Origin: an uncultured virus (IMG/VR IMGVR_UViG_3300044612_003086)
Taxonomy: Duplodnaviria; Heunggongvirae; Uroviricota; Caudoviricetes
IMG/VR virus record: IMGVR_UViG_3300044612_003086
Location: 62,001-126,000 of that record
DNA length: 64,000 nt
Strand: one strand, 5' to 3'
Shown here: piece after piece, positions 46,074 through 56,566 of the stretch
How positions within the stretch are numbered: position 1 is the first letter of the stretch
Layout of the letters: every line of letters starts with the position of its first letter
Translations under genes and position numbers: made by a program
Notes under the pieces: model-generated
What the model was told of the DNA's origin: nothing
Database searches by the model: none
The model's input: only the letters and a program-made list of their open reading frames with translations

Positions 46074-47813
46074 ATGGCTGCTGACCTAACAACATTTGCT
46101 GGATGGCGCTACTCCCGTCAGTATAGGGGGCCATACCAGGGGAAGATTCTTATTGCCGACCTGTCAAACACGTCATCAAATGGTTATGCGGACATTTCAA
46201 AACTTGTTACAAGTGTGAATGTTAGCTATTCGATGGATATGGCCTCTCAGTTGAGCTTTGAGCTGGTGGACCCAGAGCTACGCATGTCAGGACAAAATTT
46301 TTTCACTCTGGGCAGGGACATAATATATGAAACGCAAACACTTGGACGCATAGATGACGGGTCGGGAAGTGCTGCGCTCGTTAAACAGTTGTTTGAGATT
46401 TCCAAGGTGACAGTATCCCAGGGCCCTGGCAGTAGTCCTACTTTTAGTATTGATTGCTACTCCAAGGCGATACAGCAAATGAAGAGAGATAAACGACCCG
46501 ACACAATCAAAGGGCAAGGAACGGATTTCGTTAGGCGTGCAGCTGCAAAATACGGTTTAAAGTTTTACGGACAAGAAACAACAAAGAAGCAAAATATAAC
46601 AAAAGCTTCTGGAGAAAAACAAGCAGAATCATTGTGGGATGTAATTACCCGTCTTGCTGGAGATGCAAAATTTGTTTGTTTTGAAACTGATGGATATTTA
46701 ATATTTGCATCAGAACAATTTCTTCTTCATAAATGGGGCACCAACGCAAGACAGGTACCGAAGTTTACTGTTGACAAAACAACTGGCCAAAAGAAACAAA
46801 CTGGTAAAAAAACGCAACGATGGATACCCCTTCAGTATCCTAATCAAAGTACGCCTCAATTTCAGTATCTTGGTACACCAGGGTATTTTAAGTTGACACA
46901 ATACCCAAGCATCACGAAGTCTGACAATGACCCGTATGCCGCAGATGGCTCCTGTGTTGTTGAGAGAACCAACGGAACGCAGATTCGACCAGGCATGACG
47001 GCGTATGTTGGCAACGTTCCGAACATGTCGGGTTTTTATATAATCGAATCTGTTTCATTTGACGAGATGTCTTCAGAGCCAGTAAGCGTCTCTTTTAGAA
47101 CGCCGCAGCGTGATGAAGAAAAGAATAAACCAAAACTTCTGCCAATTGGCGTCACGTATCAACAAACATACGTTCCGTTTGCTGGGACACAGACCACTCC
47201 AGTAACTGTGGTCCAATCTGCAAAAAACGCAACAGGGAAAAAGATTACTTCAGAATCACTGGATGCACGCTTACTCCCGATACCTGACCAATCAAACCAA
47301 TTGCGTTACCCAAGAATGCAGTATGCAAACCTGACCATTACCTACCCAATGCTCAAGGGGGCAATAGCACAAGGCGGAGCAGGCCAAGCAAGCACAAATG
47401 ATGCCGATTCAGTTCTATATACAGGCAACATAAATCTTTTCTCGCGTCCAGTTCTTCCATCAGGGTCTGATGCTCTGACAATATTTTCAATTACATACGA
47501 GTTTGAATTCGGAAGTGAATGGAGGGCAGTATTGCTCCCGGCCATATATACACAGGGTGGCGTGGCCGTACTAAAGAGCAGCGCAGAAGTAATAGCTAAA
47601 TATAACGCTGACGGGGGATATCTTGGAACAGCAAAATACCTTGCTGTTGTTCGTGGTGAAACTAAGCAAAAAGCTATCTTGAATGCTCGTGATTATGCAT
47701 ATTTACTATCCAAACAGCAGTCTCTGATACTAGATAAGCGTTTTCCTGAATACTCTGGGTCACGTGGTTCTATTCCAAATACGGCAGGCGATTCGACATC
47801 GCTATGGGTCTAG
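46074..47813 (+). CDS. Baseplate hub protein (gp27/gpD-like)
   Basis: SMDMASQLSFE..DP, ES.WD...RLA......FE..G.L.FAS, RPG.T...G.Y.IE.V. Confidence 0.7.
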   Translation: MAADLTTFAGWRYSRQYRGPYQGKILIADLSNTSSNGYADISKLVTSVNVSYSMDMASQLSFELVDPELRMSGQNFFTLGRDIIYETQTLGRIDDGSGSAALVKQLFEISKVTVSQGPGSSPTFSIDCYSKAIQQMKRDKRPDTIKGQGTDFVRRAAAKYGLKFYGQETTKKQNITKASGEKQAESLWDVITRLAGDAKFVCFETDGYLIFASEQFLLHKWGTNARQVPKFTVDKTTGQKKQTGKKTQRWIPLQYPNQSTPQFQYLGTPGYFKLTQYPSITKSDNDPYAADGSCVVERTNGTQIRPGMTAYVGNVPNMSGFYIIESVSFDEMSSEPVSVSFRTPQRDEEKNKPKLLPIGVTYQQTYVPFAGTQTTPVTVVQSAKNATGKKITSESLDARLLPIPDQSNQLRYPRMQYANLTITYPMLKGAIAQGGAGQASTNDADSVLYTGNINLFSRPVLPSGSDALTIFSITYEFEFGSEWRAVLLPAIYTQGGVAVLKSSAEVIAKYNADGGYLGTAKYLAVVRGETKQKAILNARDYAYLLSKQQSLILDKRFPEYSGSRGSIPNTAGDSTSLWV

Positions 47814-47824
47814 GAGGATAAGCA

Positions 47825-48205
47825 ATGGCTCGTAATAGACCGGACATCGTTGATAATCAAAAAGCATCATCGCACCCGCTTAAGGCTGGTCGGATATTCA
47901 CAGCAAATGTAACGGCAGTCAATAGTTCTGGGCAAATTAGTGTTTCCATTCCTGCTATTGGTTCAACATACGGTCCGATTACTCCAATTGGAACAACAAC
48001 TCTTAACAAATACTCAGTTGGAGATGTAGTGAAATGTTCATTCACGGATGAGTTCTTTAATGAAATAATGGTTTATGGGTCTGCAAAAATAAAAGCCGAC
48101 GTTTATGCCTCAAAAGTTCTTTTTGAGCAATTGCAGGCAACCGTTAGCGCTCTTCAGACGCAAGTGGCAAATCTTCAAAGTCAACTTAATTCGCATAGTC
48201 ATTAG
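47825..48205 (+). CDS. Putative baseplate spike (OB-fold N-terminus, coiled-coil C-terminus)
   Basis: VTAV....V.IP......GP.....VGD.V; synteny; GGAGG RBS. Confidence 0.55.
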   Translation: MARNRPDIVDNQKASSHPLKAGRIFTANVTAVNSSGQISVSIPAIGSTYGPITPIGTTTLNKYSVGDVVKCSFTDEFFNEIMVYGSAKIKADVYASKVLFEQLQATVSALQTQVANLQSQLNSHSH

Positions 48206-48216
48206 GAGGTGAAAAG

Positions 48217-48522
48217 ATGGACATGATTCAATTCCCGGTTCAATTTGATTCGACTGGTTTTAAAAAGCTAAGAGACGGAACAACTGACTATTATGCACAA
48301 TTGCTTTCAATTATTATTCTTACAGAACCAATGACCCATCCATTCACTCCAGCTTTTGGTGCTAACGACCCTGCGTTTAGGACTGTAGATAAAGGGCTAT
48401 TTGTTTTAAATGCGTCGAGGTATGTTCCAGAAATAAGAATAACCAATTTATCAACAACATCAAACGAAGGAAACACTGGTAAAACCAAAGTTTCTTTCGC
48501 TTTTGAAATACAAAGCTCGTAG
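48217..48522 (+). CDS. Baseplate wedge / sheath initiator (gp25-like)
   Basis: LT.P..HP..PAFG..DP...Y.PEIRI; AGGAGG RBS. Confidence 0.65.
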   Translation: MDMIQFPVQFDSTGFKKLRDGTTDYYAQLLSIIILTEPMTHPFTPAFGANDPAFRTVDKGLFVLNASRYVPEIRITNLSTTSNEGNTGKTKVSFAFEIQSS

Positions 48523-48529
48523 GTTTAAA

Positions 48530-49993
48530 ATGCCAGCAGATTTTTCAGAATACGTCAACCTCACAATTTTTGACAAGGAACCAGGCGACATTTATCGCGA
48601 CTCGATTGAGTTGGCTCGACTCAGCTTGCCTGAATTCAATCTCCGTACTGGTTCTCCAGAAGACGCGATTTTTCAGGCAATGGCATATGTAAGTGCGTTG
48701 AATATTGCTGCAATAAACAGACTTCCAAATAGGCTTATGGCAGGAATTGTGGGAATGCTCGGATTTATTCGCCAGGAGGCTATTCCAGCAGAGATTGATG
48801 TCACCATCACGCTCAACACATATGATGGCGGAACAATACCTGCTGGAACGGTTTTCAGCTTTGAAGCGTTGTTTGAAGATGAATTACAGGAATTTCCATT
48901 TCAGACAACATCTGCACTGGAACTGGAACCGACTGATTTGGAGATATCTGTAGATTATCCGAGCGCATCAGCAACCATTGTGTGTTTAACGCCAGGAATT
49001 ATTCCACCAATAGATGATGGAGCTCAGTTAAAAATACTTTCTTCTGGAACACAAATCCAAACAGTAACGGTTAGAACGCCTTCAAATTTTGCAAATGGAA
49101 TTAACTCAGACTCAGATACAGACTACCTATCACGAGCTACAACTTATTTGCGTTCTCTTACTTCGTCCCTCACAAGAGCAACACAAGTCGACTCATATGT
49201 TCTTTCTGAATACCCAGACGTTATAAGTCGTGTCAAAACATATGACTTGACTAATGGCGATGATACAAGCGGCGACATAACTGTAAAAAGACAAGCCGGA
49301 GTCATAAAAACATTCTTGGATAATAACCTGGCAACAATTCAGACAGCAGCACCACACCTATTCATAACTGGTGACACAATTGAATTAGAGGTTTTTGACC
49401 CTTCGGTAAGTGCAACATTTAATGGCTTGCATGAAATAACTGCTACCGGTTCAGATACGGTTAATTTCGTCAAAGTAGCAACAAACTCAGCAAGCACCAC
49501 AGTTACTGCTTCTGCTTACGCTGGTCAGGATGTGTCTGGTTTCGTAACTGTTTTTGGATATGGCCTAAACACTTATTTAACATCAATTGAAAAAACAAAC
49601 GTTGTTGCTGACATTCGCGCAAAATCAGTTGCTGGATTAACTTTTGAAATGTTAGACCCAGAAATTTGCACATTAGAAATTTCTGGAGAAGTTGTGATAA
49701 GTGAATCGTATGATGCTGCATCCGTGGAGGGTGCCGTACTTAATGCGTTGGTCGACTTCATAAGTCCGGCAAAATATCCATACACCCAAGATAGAGTGAG
49801 ACAGACACAGCTAATATCACTTATAAGCAATGTCCCTGGTGTGGTTTTTGTTGAATCACTCACGCTCTCTCCAACTGGTTCCGGTTGGTTGCCACAACTG
49901 GGCAACGACTTGCTATTTCATAAAAAAGGCTCATTGCCAATAATTGCAGTTGAAGACATTGACCTTACGTTTACGGTATTGGAAATAAGTTAA
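48530..49993 (+). CDS. Baseplate J-like protein
   Basis: Start revised to MPADF (48530); IPAGT.F, NG...DSD..YL.R, LI..IS.VPGV..V. Confidence 0.85.
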   Translation: MPADFSEYVNLTIFDKEPGDIYRDSIELARLSLPEFNLRTGSPEDAIFQAMAYVSALNIAAINRLPNRLMAGIVGMLGFIRQEAIPAEIDVTITLNTYDGGTIPAGTVFSFEALFEDELQEFPFQTTSALELEPTDLEISVDYPSASATIVCLTPGIIPPIDDGAQLKILSSGTQIQTVTVRTPSNFANGINSDSDTDYLSRATTYLRSLTSSLTRATQVDSYVLSEYPDVISRVKTYDLTNGDDTSGDITVKRQAGVIKTFLDNNLATIQTAAPHLFITGDTIELEVFDPSVSATFNGLHEITATGSDTVNFVKVATNSASTTVTASAYAGQDVSGFVTVFGYGLNTYLTSIEKTNVVADIRAKSVAGLTFEMLDPEICTLEISGEVVISESYDAASVEGAVLNALVDFISPAKYPYTQDRVRQTQLISLISNVPGVVFVESLTLSPTGSGWLPQLGNDLLFHKKGSLPIIAVEDIDLTFTVLEIS

Positions 49994-49995
49994 CA

Positions 49996-51207
49996 ATGGC
50001 TACAACACGTAACCTTTTGCCATACGATAGTGCGCTGCTTCGAGTAAATGATAGTGGACAAATTGTTGAACTCGGCGCATATTCAAACGATTGGGAATCA
50101 ACTAACTCGGAATTAACAATAGTTTCAACTAACTTTTTGGTTGATACTCGTTACGTTCTGCAATTAAACCCATCATCTACTGGTGAAATATTAGTAACAC
50201 TAGAAGATGTTCCATTATATCTCGAAGACAATGGACGAATTCTTTCCTTTAATATGCGAATCAAAGCGCTGTCTTCTGTCGATTTATCAACAATGATTTA
50301 TCTTGATGGTTCATCAACTGGAATTGAAGGAAATATTCAGTCATTTAGCAGCGGTGAATACAACGCTATTCAGTCAAATAGAATAACCGTTCCGGATGAT
50401 TCAGAGCTTCACACCTTAAGTGTAAGAATATCTATCACTGGACATAATGCGTCAAACATATGGTTGACATGTCCACACCTAATTCACGACCTGGATTTCT
50501 ACTCTAATGATTTCGTATCTGGAATACGAAATTTTCTACCTGATTTTTACTGGGAACTTGACTCATCTCAGTCATATCCGACTTATCCTTTTTTTAGACT
50601 TATTGACGTGCTTACATCTGCTGCTGGTGACACAAAATCTGAATACGAAGAGATGTACGGTCTTGAGGCCGAAGAGCTGGTAACACAGGACGAGGGAATT
50701 CTCAGTTGGGTTCAGAGTTCGCTTGTTTCTCCATCAGCGGCTCGAGACGCGTATTTGAGTTGGCTGGCTCAATTCAATGGGGAAAGAATCCATCGTAACT
50801 TTCAGTTATCTGATGGGACTCTTTATTTCAATAACGCCGGTCTTCAGCGAGACTTTGTGGAGTGGCAGCTCTATGGGAGCCATTATGGAAGAGGTGCTGG
50901 GACAAGACATGCAATGATTGAATCTGCAAAACAGATGACAATCAGGACAAAAGATGGAGAGGCTTCCACACAGTCTGTTTCGTTGACGCCATATTTCGGT
51001 GGAGACCCTTTTGCGATTCGCATTCAGACGCTAACAAACGAAACAATTGATGCAAATGTCGGTGAATCAAGCGATGCCATACTCCAATCAGTGAATATGG
51101 CTAGACCTATGGGATACGTGGTTACTCACCAAACTATTGACGAATTCTTCTTAACACTTGATGACGTCACGTATGGTTTGCTTGATGGAAGCATCTCGTT
51201 CGGGTGA
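49996..51207 (+). CDS. Baseplate/tail protein (P2 gpI-like C-terminus)
   Basis: LP.FY...YL.WLAQFNG...RG.GT...ARPMG; follows baseplate J. Confidence 0.7.
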   Translation: MATTRNLLPYDSALLRVNDSGQIVELGAYSNDWESTNSELTIVSTNFLVDTRYVLQLNPSSTGEILVTLEDVPLYLEDNGRILSFNMRIKALSSVDLSTMIYLDGSSTGIEGNIQSFSSGEYNAIQSNRITVPDDSELHTLSVRISITGHNASNIWLTCPHLIHDLDFYSNDFVSGIRNFLPDFYWELDSSQSYPTYPFFRLIDVLTSAAGDTKSEYEEMYGLEAEELVTQDEGILSWVQSSLVSPSAARDAYLSWLAQFNGERIHRNFQLSDGTLYFNNAGLQRDFVEWQLYGSHYGRGAGTRHAMIESAKQMTIRTKDGEASTQSVSLTPYFGGDPFAIRIQTLTNETIDANVGESSDAILQSVNMARPMGYVVTHQTIDEFFLTLDDVTYGLLDGSISFG

Positions 51208-51223
51208 CCAGTATGAAACATAA

Positions 51224-51232
51224 TGCTAAAAT
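51224..51232 (+). promoter_or_regulatory. Extended -10 promoter (TGCTAAAAT) for fibre genes
   Basis: Near-consensus element followed by an AGGAG RBS. Confidence 0.5.
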
Positions 51233-51260
51233 AAAACACAATAATTTAGGAGATTTCTAA

Positions 51261-52283
51261 ATGGCCGGTACAGGTGTAAGACTATTTCTATCTGGTGATA
51301 CTGCATATGCAGCAGACATAAACACGTATCTCATGGACCAGGTGGTTGCGCGTTTCGCGACCACAGCAGCGCGCGATGCGGCGTTTGGCGACGGAATTCC
51401 CGTATCCCAAGGAGGAAGCGGCAAGCCAGCGCTGTCCGAAGGCCGCATTTGTTATATCGATGAATTGAACTTAATTCAATATTACAACGGCGCTTCGTGG
51501 CAGGACTCAGCGCAATTTACGGTTGGAGATGGTGCAATCACCACGCAAAAGCTAGCTGCCAACTCTGTAACATCTGACAAAATTGCCCCAGGCACGGTAA
51601 TAGCAGCAGATATTGCTGCTGGGACAATTACCGCAACAGAACTAGCAGATGGTGCTGTTACATCAGGAAAGATTCTTGACGGAACGATTGTCAACGCTGA
51701 TATAAACACTTCGGCGGCAATTGCATACAGCAAGTTGAACCTAGCAACATCTATCGTTAATGCTGATATAAATGCTTCTGCTGCGATAGATAAAACCAAA
51801 ATATCTGGAACAGCTGTGACCCTGGCTGACACTGGAGTGATTACCAGTGCGATGATTGAAAACGATTCGATTGTCAATGCCGACATCAAGAGTAACGCAG
51901 CAATTGCTTATAGCAAATTGAGTCTGTCTGGTTCGATTACGACAACAGATTTAGCTACTGGTGCAGCTCGCTCTGGGTTTAGGTCACCGATTGTTGCTCA
52001 GCAAGGTGCGACACACACAATTGCGGCTTCCGATGTTGGTGGTTTAGTGGTGCTTTCGTCTTGTACTTCGGTTGTCATACCAACCTCTGATGCAACATTT
52101 ACAGTTGGGGACAGAATAGATTTTCTTCAAACAGGCACACAAGTAGTTACATTTAGCGCCACATCCCCACAAACCGTTGGCGGGTTTGACGCTCAATTAA
52201 AACTTGGAGGACAGTTCGCAGTTGCAACACTTGTAAAGTATGCAGCAAATACATGGGTTCTAGTTGGAAATATAACGAGTTAA
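51261..52283 (+). CDS. Tail fibre protein with IVNADI / AAIAYSKL repeats
   Basis: N-terminal DQVVARFA..AARD..., decapeptide repeats, C-terminal W.LVG. Confidence 0.8.
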   Translation: MAGTGVRLFLSGDTAYAADINTYLMDQVVARFATTAARDAAFGDGIPVSQGGSGKPALSEGRICYIDELNLIQYYNGASWQDSAQFTVGDGAITTQKLAANSVTSDKIAPGTVIAADIAAGTITATELADGAVTSGKILDGTIVNADINTSAAIAYSKLNLATSIVNADINASAAIDKTKISGTAVTLADTGVITSAMIENDSIVNADIKSNAAIAYSKLSLSGSITTTDLATGAARSGFRSPIVAQQGATHTIAASDVGGLVVLSSCTSVVIPTSDATFTVGDRIDFLQTGTQVVTFSATSPQTVGGFDAQLKLGGQFAVATLVKYAANTWVLVGNITS

Positions 52284-52284
52284 C

Positions 52285-53385
52285 ATGATTCCTGGAATAG
52301 TTGAGGCAGGTGGGGGCAGAATCCTCCCAACAACGTCTGACGATTTTAATCGCGCAAACAGCACAGACATTACTGCTGCTGGAAAAAAATGGACAGAGAC
52401 AAGTGGTGACTGGGCAATCACCAGTAACCAACTGACCACCTCAACCGCCGCAGCTAGCTACCCGATAGCCACATTGCGAACTAATACAAAAAACGCAACA
52501 GTTAAAGTTGACAGAGCAAACGGGGATGGATGGGGTGCTGCATTCTGGGTGGTGGACCAAAACAACTGGTTTGCCGCCAACACGGAGATGACGCAATCAA
52601 GTGTTCAAAACCCTGCTACTAGCGGCAGCTATGAACAGCAAACATTTACCGGAAACACGTGTAGCGGTGGGAAAATATATAACGGCGACAGTTCGTTCCC
52701 CCCGTTTGGTGGAACTTGCTACGACGTAGTTTGTATTAGTTACTCTGGGGGAACACCTGCAACGTATGAATATCGAACACCATCAGGACTGTCTTGCTAT
52801 CAGGATGGAATCCATTGTGGTGGTGGTTATGTTCTCTATGGCTATCAAGCCGGAGACGAATACCTCTGCGGTGGAACGTGTTGCTGCTCACTCGTAATGA
52901 CAGACCCAGGAACGCCAGGGACATGCAATGAATATCAAATTCAAAACTGTTGTATATATCTTGATGCAACTGACCCTGGTTGCCCTGGTGCCTGCAATGG
53001 ACAAAGCCCAAGACCGCAGTACACGACCACGACGGTATACTACACAAATCCTGAAACAAGAACCTGGACATACTCGCAAAAAGCAATAATAAGAAAAGCC
53101 GTTGCTGGAACGGTTTCGATTGTTGCAAATACGAACACAGTCACATCTACCGAGACGGTTGCCGCGGCTGGGGCTGCTGGTAACCCAACAAGACCAACTT
53201 CACTAACCGTAACACTAGTCGGTGAAAGTATATCAATTTCAGCACCAGGGGCAGCAGGCGGAACAATAACAGGAAGCCATACCGCAACGGGGGCCAATAG
53301 AGGCAAAAAACATGGCGTTTCTATTGCTCCAGCGACAGTCTCTCAGTCAAATGCTGTCGACAACTTTGTGTATACTAAACCGTAA
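52285..53385 (+). CDS. Putative fibre tip / receptor-binding protein with Cys-rich insertion
   Basis: DDFNRAN...W...SG.W beta-sandwich-like ends flanking a ~150-aa Cys/Gly/Tyr-rich segment. Confidence 0.65.
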   Translation: MIPGIVEAGGGRILPTTSDDFNRANSTDITAAGKKWTETSGDWAITSNQLTTSTAAASYPIATLRTNTKNATVKVDRANGDGWGAAFWVVDQNNWFAANTEMTQSSVQNPATSGSYEQQTFTGNTCSGGKIYNGDSSFPPFGGTCYDVVCISYSGGTPATYEYRTPSGLSCYQDGIHCGGGYVLYGYQAGDEYLCGGTCCCSLVMTDPGTPGTCNEYQIQNCCIYLDATDPGCPGACNGQSPRPQYTTTTVYYTNPETRTWTYSQKAIIRKAVAGTVSIVANTNTVTSTETVAAAGAAGNPTRPTSLTVTLVGESISISAPGAAGGTITGSHTATGANRGKKHGVSIAPATVSQSNAVDNFVYTKP

Positions 53386-53543
53386 TGAGCGACACAGCAG
53401 TTAATTACGGGGAAGAGCGATTGAAGATATGCTTGGGGTGCCCGCGTTTATTCAGGCCGACAATGACCTGTAAGGAATGTGGTTGCTTCATGAAAGTAAA
53501 AACGAGACTTAAAACGGCAAAGTGCCCAATAGGAAAGTGGTAA
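53385..53543 (+). CDS. 52-aa Cys-rich protein (DUF6171-like), below the ORF-track cutoff
   Basis: TAATG overlap; MSDTAVNYGEERLKICLGCPRLFRPTMTCKECGCFMKVKTRLKTAKCPIGKW. Confidence 0.8.
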   Translation: MSDTAVNYGEERLKICLGCPRLFRPTMTCKECGCFMKVKTRLKTAKCPIGKW

Positions 53544-53547
53544 AAAC

Positions 53548-53880
53548 ATGGCTTTTACAATAATCACAACAACAAATGGTCCAGTGGTTAAGAGTGGTAC
53601 GAATCACTACACGCTCCACGATATTGCTGCATGTATTGATATTGCTGAAACAAACGCAACTTTTGTTGACGAAATGGGCACTCACATTGCCAATGAGTTG
53701 ATGGCCGCAGCCACGGAATGGACGGAAGCATTTGTCGGCGGACTGCAACCATCACAGAACAAAGTTGTTTACTACATGAACTCTGGGGCGCATTTCAAAA
53801 TGTTTGTCCAGCAGTATGATATGTACAAGCGGAACATGGAAAATCCACCGCCTGCGAGCGCCTCGGTTGTCGTTGAGTAA
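53548..53880 (+). CDS. Hypothetical protein
   Basis: 110-aa ORF in operon. Confidence 0.7.
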   Translation: MAFTIITTTNGPVVKSGTNHYTLHDIAACIDIAETNATFVDEMGTHIANELMAAATEWTEAFVGGLQPSQNKVVYYMNSGAHFKMFVQQYDMYKRNMENPPPASASVVVE

Positions 53881-54928
53881 AGCAGTCCAATTTCCTCCAT
53901 TTTTTGGGAGCACGCCAAAAATTGGTAAATCAGAAGTACTAGAAATTGATTCAATTAATGACGTTCATCTTGGCGGCGGTGTTGTCTGTTTCAGAAATGC
54001 ATTTAATCCGAACAAAGAACTCATTATGCCATGGGCTGACAGAAATGCACAGCTGGCGCATGAGCAAAGATGGAAATATCACACCGACAGCTCCGGTCAG
54101 AAATATGCGGTAAACGAGGACGGCAATAAATTCTCAATTGAACAGATAGAGGAAGTTCCAATTCGTGTTCTTCAGCCGGTACAGCAAGGCACCGAGCCGG
54201 AAGTTGTTGAGATATTCCAGAACTGGGAAGACCAAATTTATAAGTGCTTAATTAAGTACATTCACAGATTCCCATTTGCTCTCGGAACAATATGGTGGAG
54301 GAGCAGGGGGCACCTTCTGCGATACGACGAGGGTGATTATTTGGGAATCCATAACGATAATGACTCAAACTATAGGGCCACAAACGGTGAAAGATTTGTC
54401 CCCAAGGGGCAGGTGCAGATGCGTCAAGTTGTTGCCGTAATGGCATACATCAATGACTGCGTATCGAGCACATCCGAATTGGATGGAACAAACTACATAG
54501 GCGGGGAGTTGTTTTTTCCATACCTTGATATTGAGCACCAAGCAAAATCCGGAGATATAGTAATTTTTCCTTGCAACTTTATGGCCACCCATGGCGTCCA
54601 CACTGTTACGCATGGGAAACGATACGGGTATCTAGAGTTCTTTTCACAAGGTTCATCACATGATGACGTCTTAATAAATGTGTCGGAGCCAGATGCTGTT
54701 GATGACTGGTGTCGTCCGCATTGGATTGACTCCCTGTATGACGATTACTCCCTCTATGCAAAACACTCAGATTACGGTCAATCGGATTTTGATGAAGCAA
54801 GAACAAATCCTGTTTATCAGAATCGGGCGCTTGAGGGGGAAAACGGTTTATCTCGGCCGTATTACGCGAGCGATGTAATAAAAGAAACAGAAAACAGGGG
54901 TAAAGTTTACCCCGACCAACTTATATAA
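53873..54928 (+). CDS. 2OG-Fe(II) oxygenase, prolyl-4-hydroxylase-like
   Basis: HND...GGELFF...HGV..VT.G.RY; start likely the TTG at 53873 overlapping the previous stop. Confidence 0.85.
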   Translation: MSKAVQFPPFFGSTPKIGKSEVLEIDSINDVHLGGGVVCFRNAFNPNKELIMPWADRNAQLAHEQRWKYHTDSSGQKYAVNEDGNKFSIEQIEEVPIRVLQPVQQGTEPEVVEIFQNWEDQIYKCLIKYIHRFPFALGTIWWRSRGHLLRYDEGDYLGIHNDNDSNYRATNGERFVPKGQVQMRQVVAVMAYINDCVSSTSELDGTNYIGGELFFPYLDIEHQAKSGDIVIFPCNFMATHGVHTVTHGKRYGYLEFFSQGSSHDDVLINVSEPDAVDDWCRPHWIDSLYDDYSLYAKHSDYGQSDFDEARTNPVYQNRALEGENGLSRPYYASDVIKETENRGKVYPDQLI

Positions 54929-54949
54929 GCAGTCCCTGAAGCACCATAT

Positions 54950-55780
54950 TCATCTCGGTTCCTGCCAAGATGGATAGTCACCTCTTGGCTTATCAAGTGA
55001 ATTGTTCATTGTTAAGTGTTTTCCAAAAGTATTGATTCCATGTATGAATCCCAAATGCTCTGGAAATTTTAAATCGATGCATATGTCTCTCAGTTTTCCG
55101 TCGCGAATCTGTTCCCAAATATAAACCATCGTTTCAGAGCCAGTTCTTCCATCCACGTAGAATTTTTCTGCTATTAGGTTTAGCATTTCATCTTCCCATT
55201 TGGGATTTTTTGGTGTTATTTTGTCTTGAAACAGATGCTCTTTTGGCGGCGACATACTGCCAGACGCAATGAGCCGATTTACGTATTTTGCTGGAGCGGC
55301 AGATACGTGGACATCAAAAAGCCCGCCCGACAACAATGCCGCTGCTTCCCGTGCTGATGGTCCTGAAAGAATCATGAGTCGATGCTTTTTATCAGTTAAA
55401 GCTTCATCTTCAATGGGGTACCCCCTAATTGCTCCCTCACAGTAGTTATCTGTTAGGCCAGAAACGATGGTCCTCCACTGGTGTTCTTCCTCGTCTCCAT
55501 TCAAAGAATTTAAGTCAATATACAAACCTTTGTATTTGTTTATTAATACATTTCTTGGTGTTTCCATGGCTGCATCATTTGTGCCTATGCAGATAATCGC
55601 CCCACACTCATCAGCAAGCTTCTCCAAAGTGAATAAATTATTTATTCCGCAATCCGATGCTCTGTGTATAGTCTCCATTGACCTATCCATCGATGCGAAA
55701 AATACAGAATGTCCTGCTAATTGCAATGACTTTGCGATTGTTGCACCCATTTTCCCGGGAGAATTAATTCCAATTTTCAT
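54950..55780 (-). CDS. NAD(P)-binding oxidoreductase (6PGD/3-hydroxyisobutyrate dehydrogenase-like N-terminal domain)
   Basis: MKIGI.SPG.MGATIA..L..AGH.V; YIDLNS. Confidence 0.7.
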   Translation of the reverse strand: MKIGINSPGKMGATIAKSLQLAGHSVFFASMDRSMETIHRASDCGINNLFTLEKLADECGAIICIGTNDAAMETPRNVLINKYKGLYIDLNSLNGDEEEHQWRTIVSGLTDNYCEGAIRGYPIEDEALTDKKHRLMILSGPSAREAAALLSGGLFDVHVSAAPAKYVNRLIASGSMSPPKEHLFQDKITPKNPKWEDEMLNLIAEKFYVDGRTGSETMVYIWEQIRDGKLRDICIDLKFPEHLGFIHGINTFGKHLTMNNSLDKPRGDYPSWQEPR

Positions 55781-55789
55781 TGATACGCC

Positions 55790-56566
55790 TCACTTTATTG
55801 GACCAACAGGAACAAACTGTTGGACCGAATTTGCTGAATGACTAGTAATAAAATCAAGATGATACGAAAAGTTCTGCAATTCTTGTCTTTTATGTTCTGC
55901 CGGTGGGCTTATATCGAGAACGCCGTGGCAGAACCAGGAAAGATAAGCAAATCTCTCTCCCGTTTCTATTGGTGTTATCTCATGGCAACCAGAAAAGTTA
56001 GAAGGGTACACAACGATTGAACCAAACTTGGGGAATACGGTTATGCCCCATGGGCGGAAACTTAGATTTCCACCTGTGTATTTATCGTTTAGGAAAATGC
56101 TACACGTAAGAGTATTTGCTATTGGTGCCAATGAGATTGGAGTCAAACCATCATCTGCGTATGGGAGATTTGCGTCGGAATGTGGTCCTATCATTTGTCC
56201 CGGAAGATACCTAATTACATGACCCCTGGTCCGCCATTTTACGGCACCTGCGGCAGATGGGAATATCTCCAAGTACTTACTGACACAGTTGGTTCCGGAG
56301 TCCTCCAAATCGCTCAAGGTTTGAAAATCTTTTTTTTCTATTCCCAAATGATTTACATTTAAGTATCTATGTGGGGCAATCTTTGCTTGTTCTAAATTGT
56401 GGTTATACCCACCAGAATTTTTTAAATTCTCATTACCCAAATTTGAGTAACCCTCATGGTTGGTGGACAGGAGGAGGTTTTCAAGATACTTATCGACATC
56501 TTGTTGTGTTGACTTTATTGCATTGTCAAACTGAACAATTCCATTTCCTAGATGCGTTATGTTCAT
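55790..56566 (-). CDS. 2OG-Fe(II) oxygenase, P4H-like
   Basis: HSD...LND.Y.GG...HEI.PI..GER. Confidence 0.87.
   Translation of the reverse strand: MNITHLGNGIVQFDNAIKSTQQDVDKYLENLLLSTNHEGYSNLGNENLKNSGGYNHNLEQAKIAPHRYLNVNHLGIEKKDFQTLSDLEDSGTNCVSKYLEIFPSAAGAVKWRTRGHVIRYLPGQMIGPHSDANLPYADDGLTPISLAPIANTLTCSIFLNDKYTGGNLSFRPWGITVFPKFGSIVVYPSNFSGCHEITPIETGERFAYLSWFCHGVLDISPPAEHKRQELQNFSYHLDFITSHSANSVQQFVPVGPIK

Noticed and set aside
51261..53385. Diversity-generating retroelement target in the fibre genes
   Set aside because: No reverse transcriptase or adenine-variant template repeat seen; the repeats are ordinary peptide repeats
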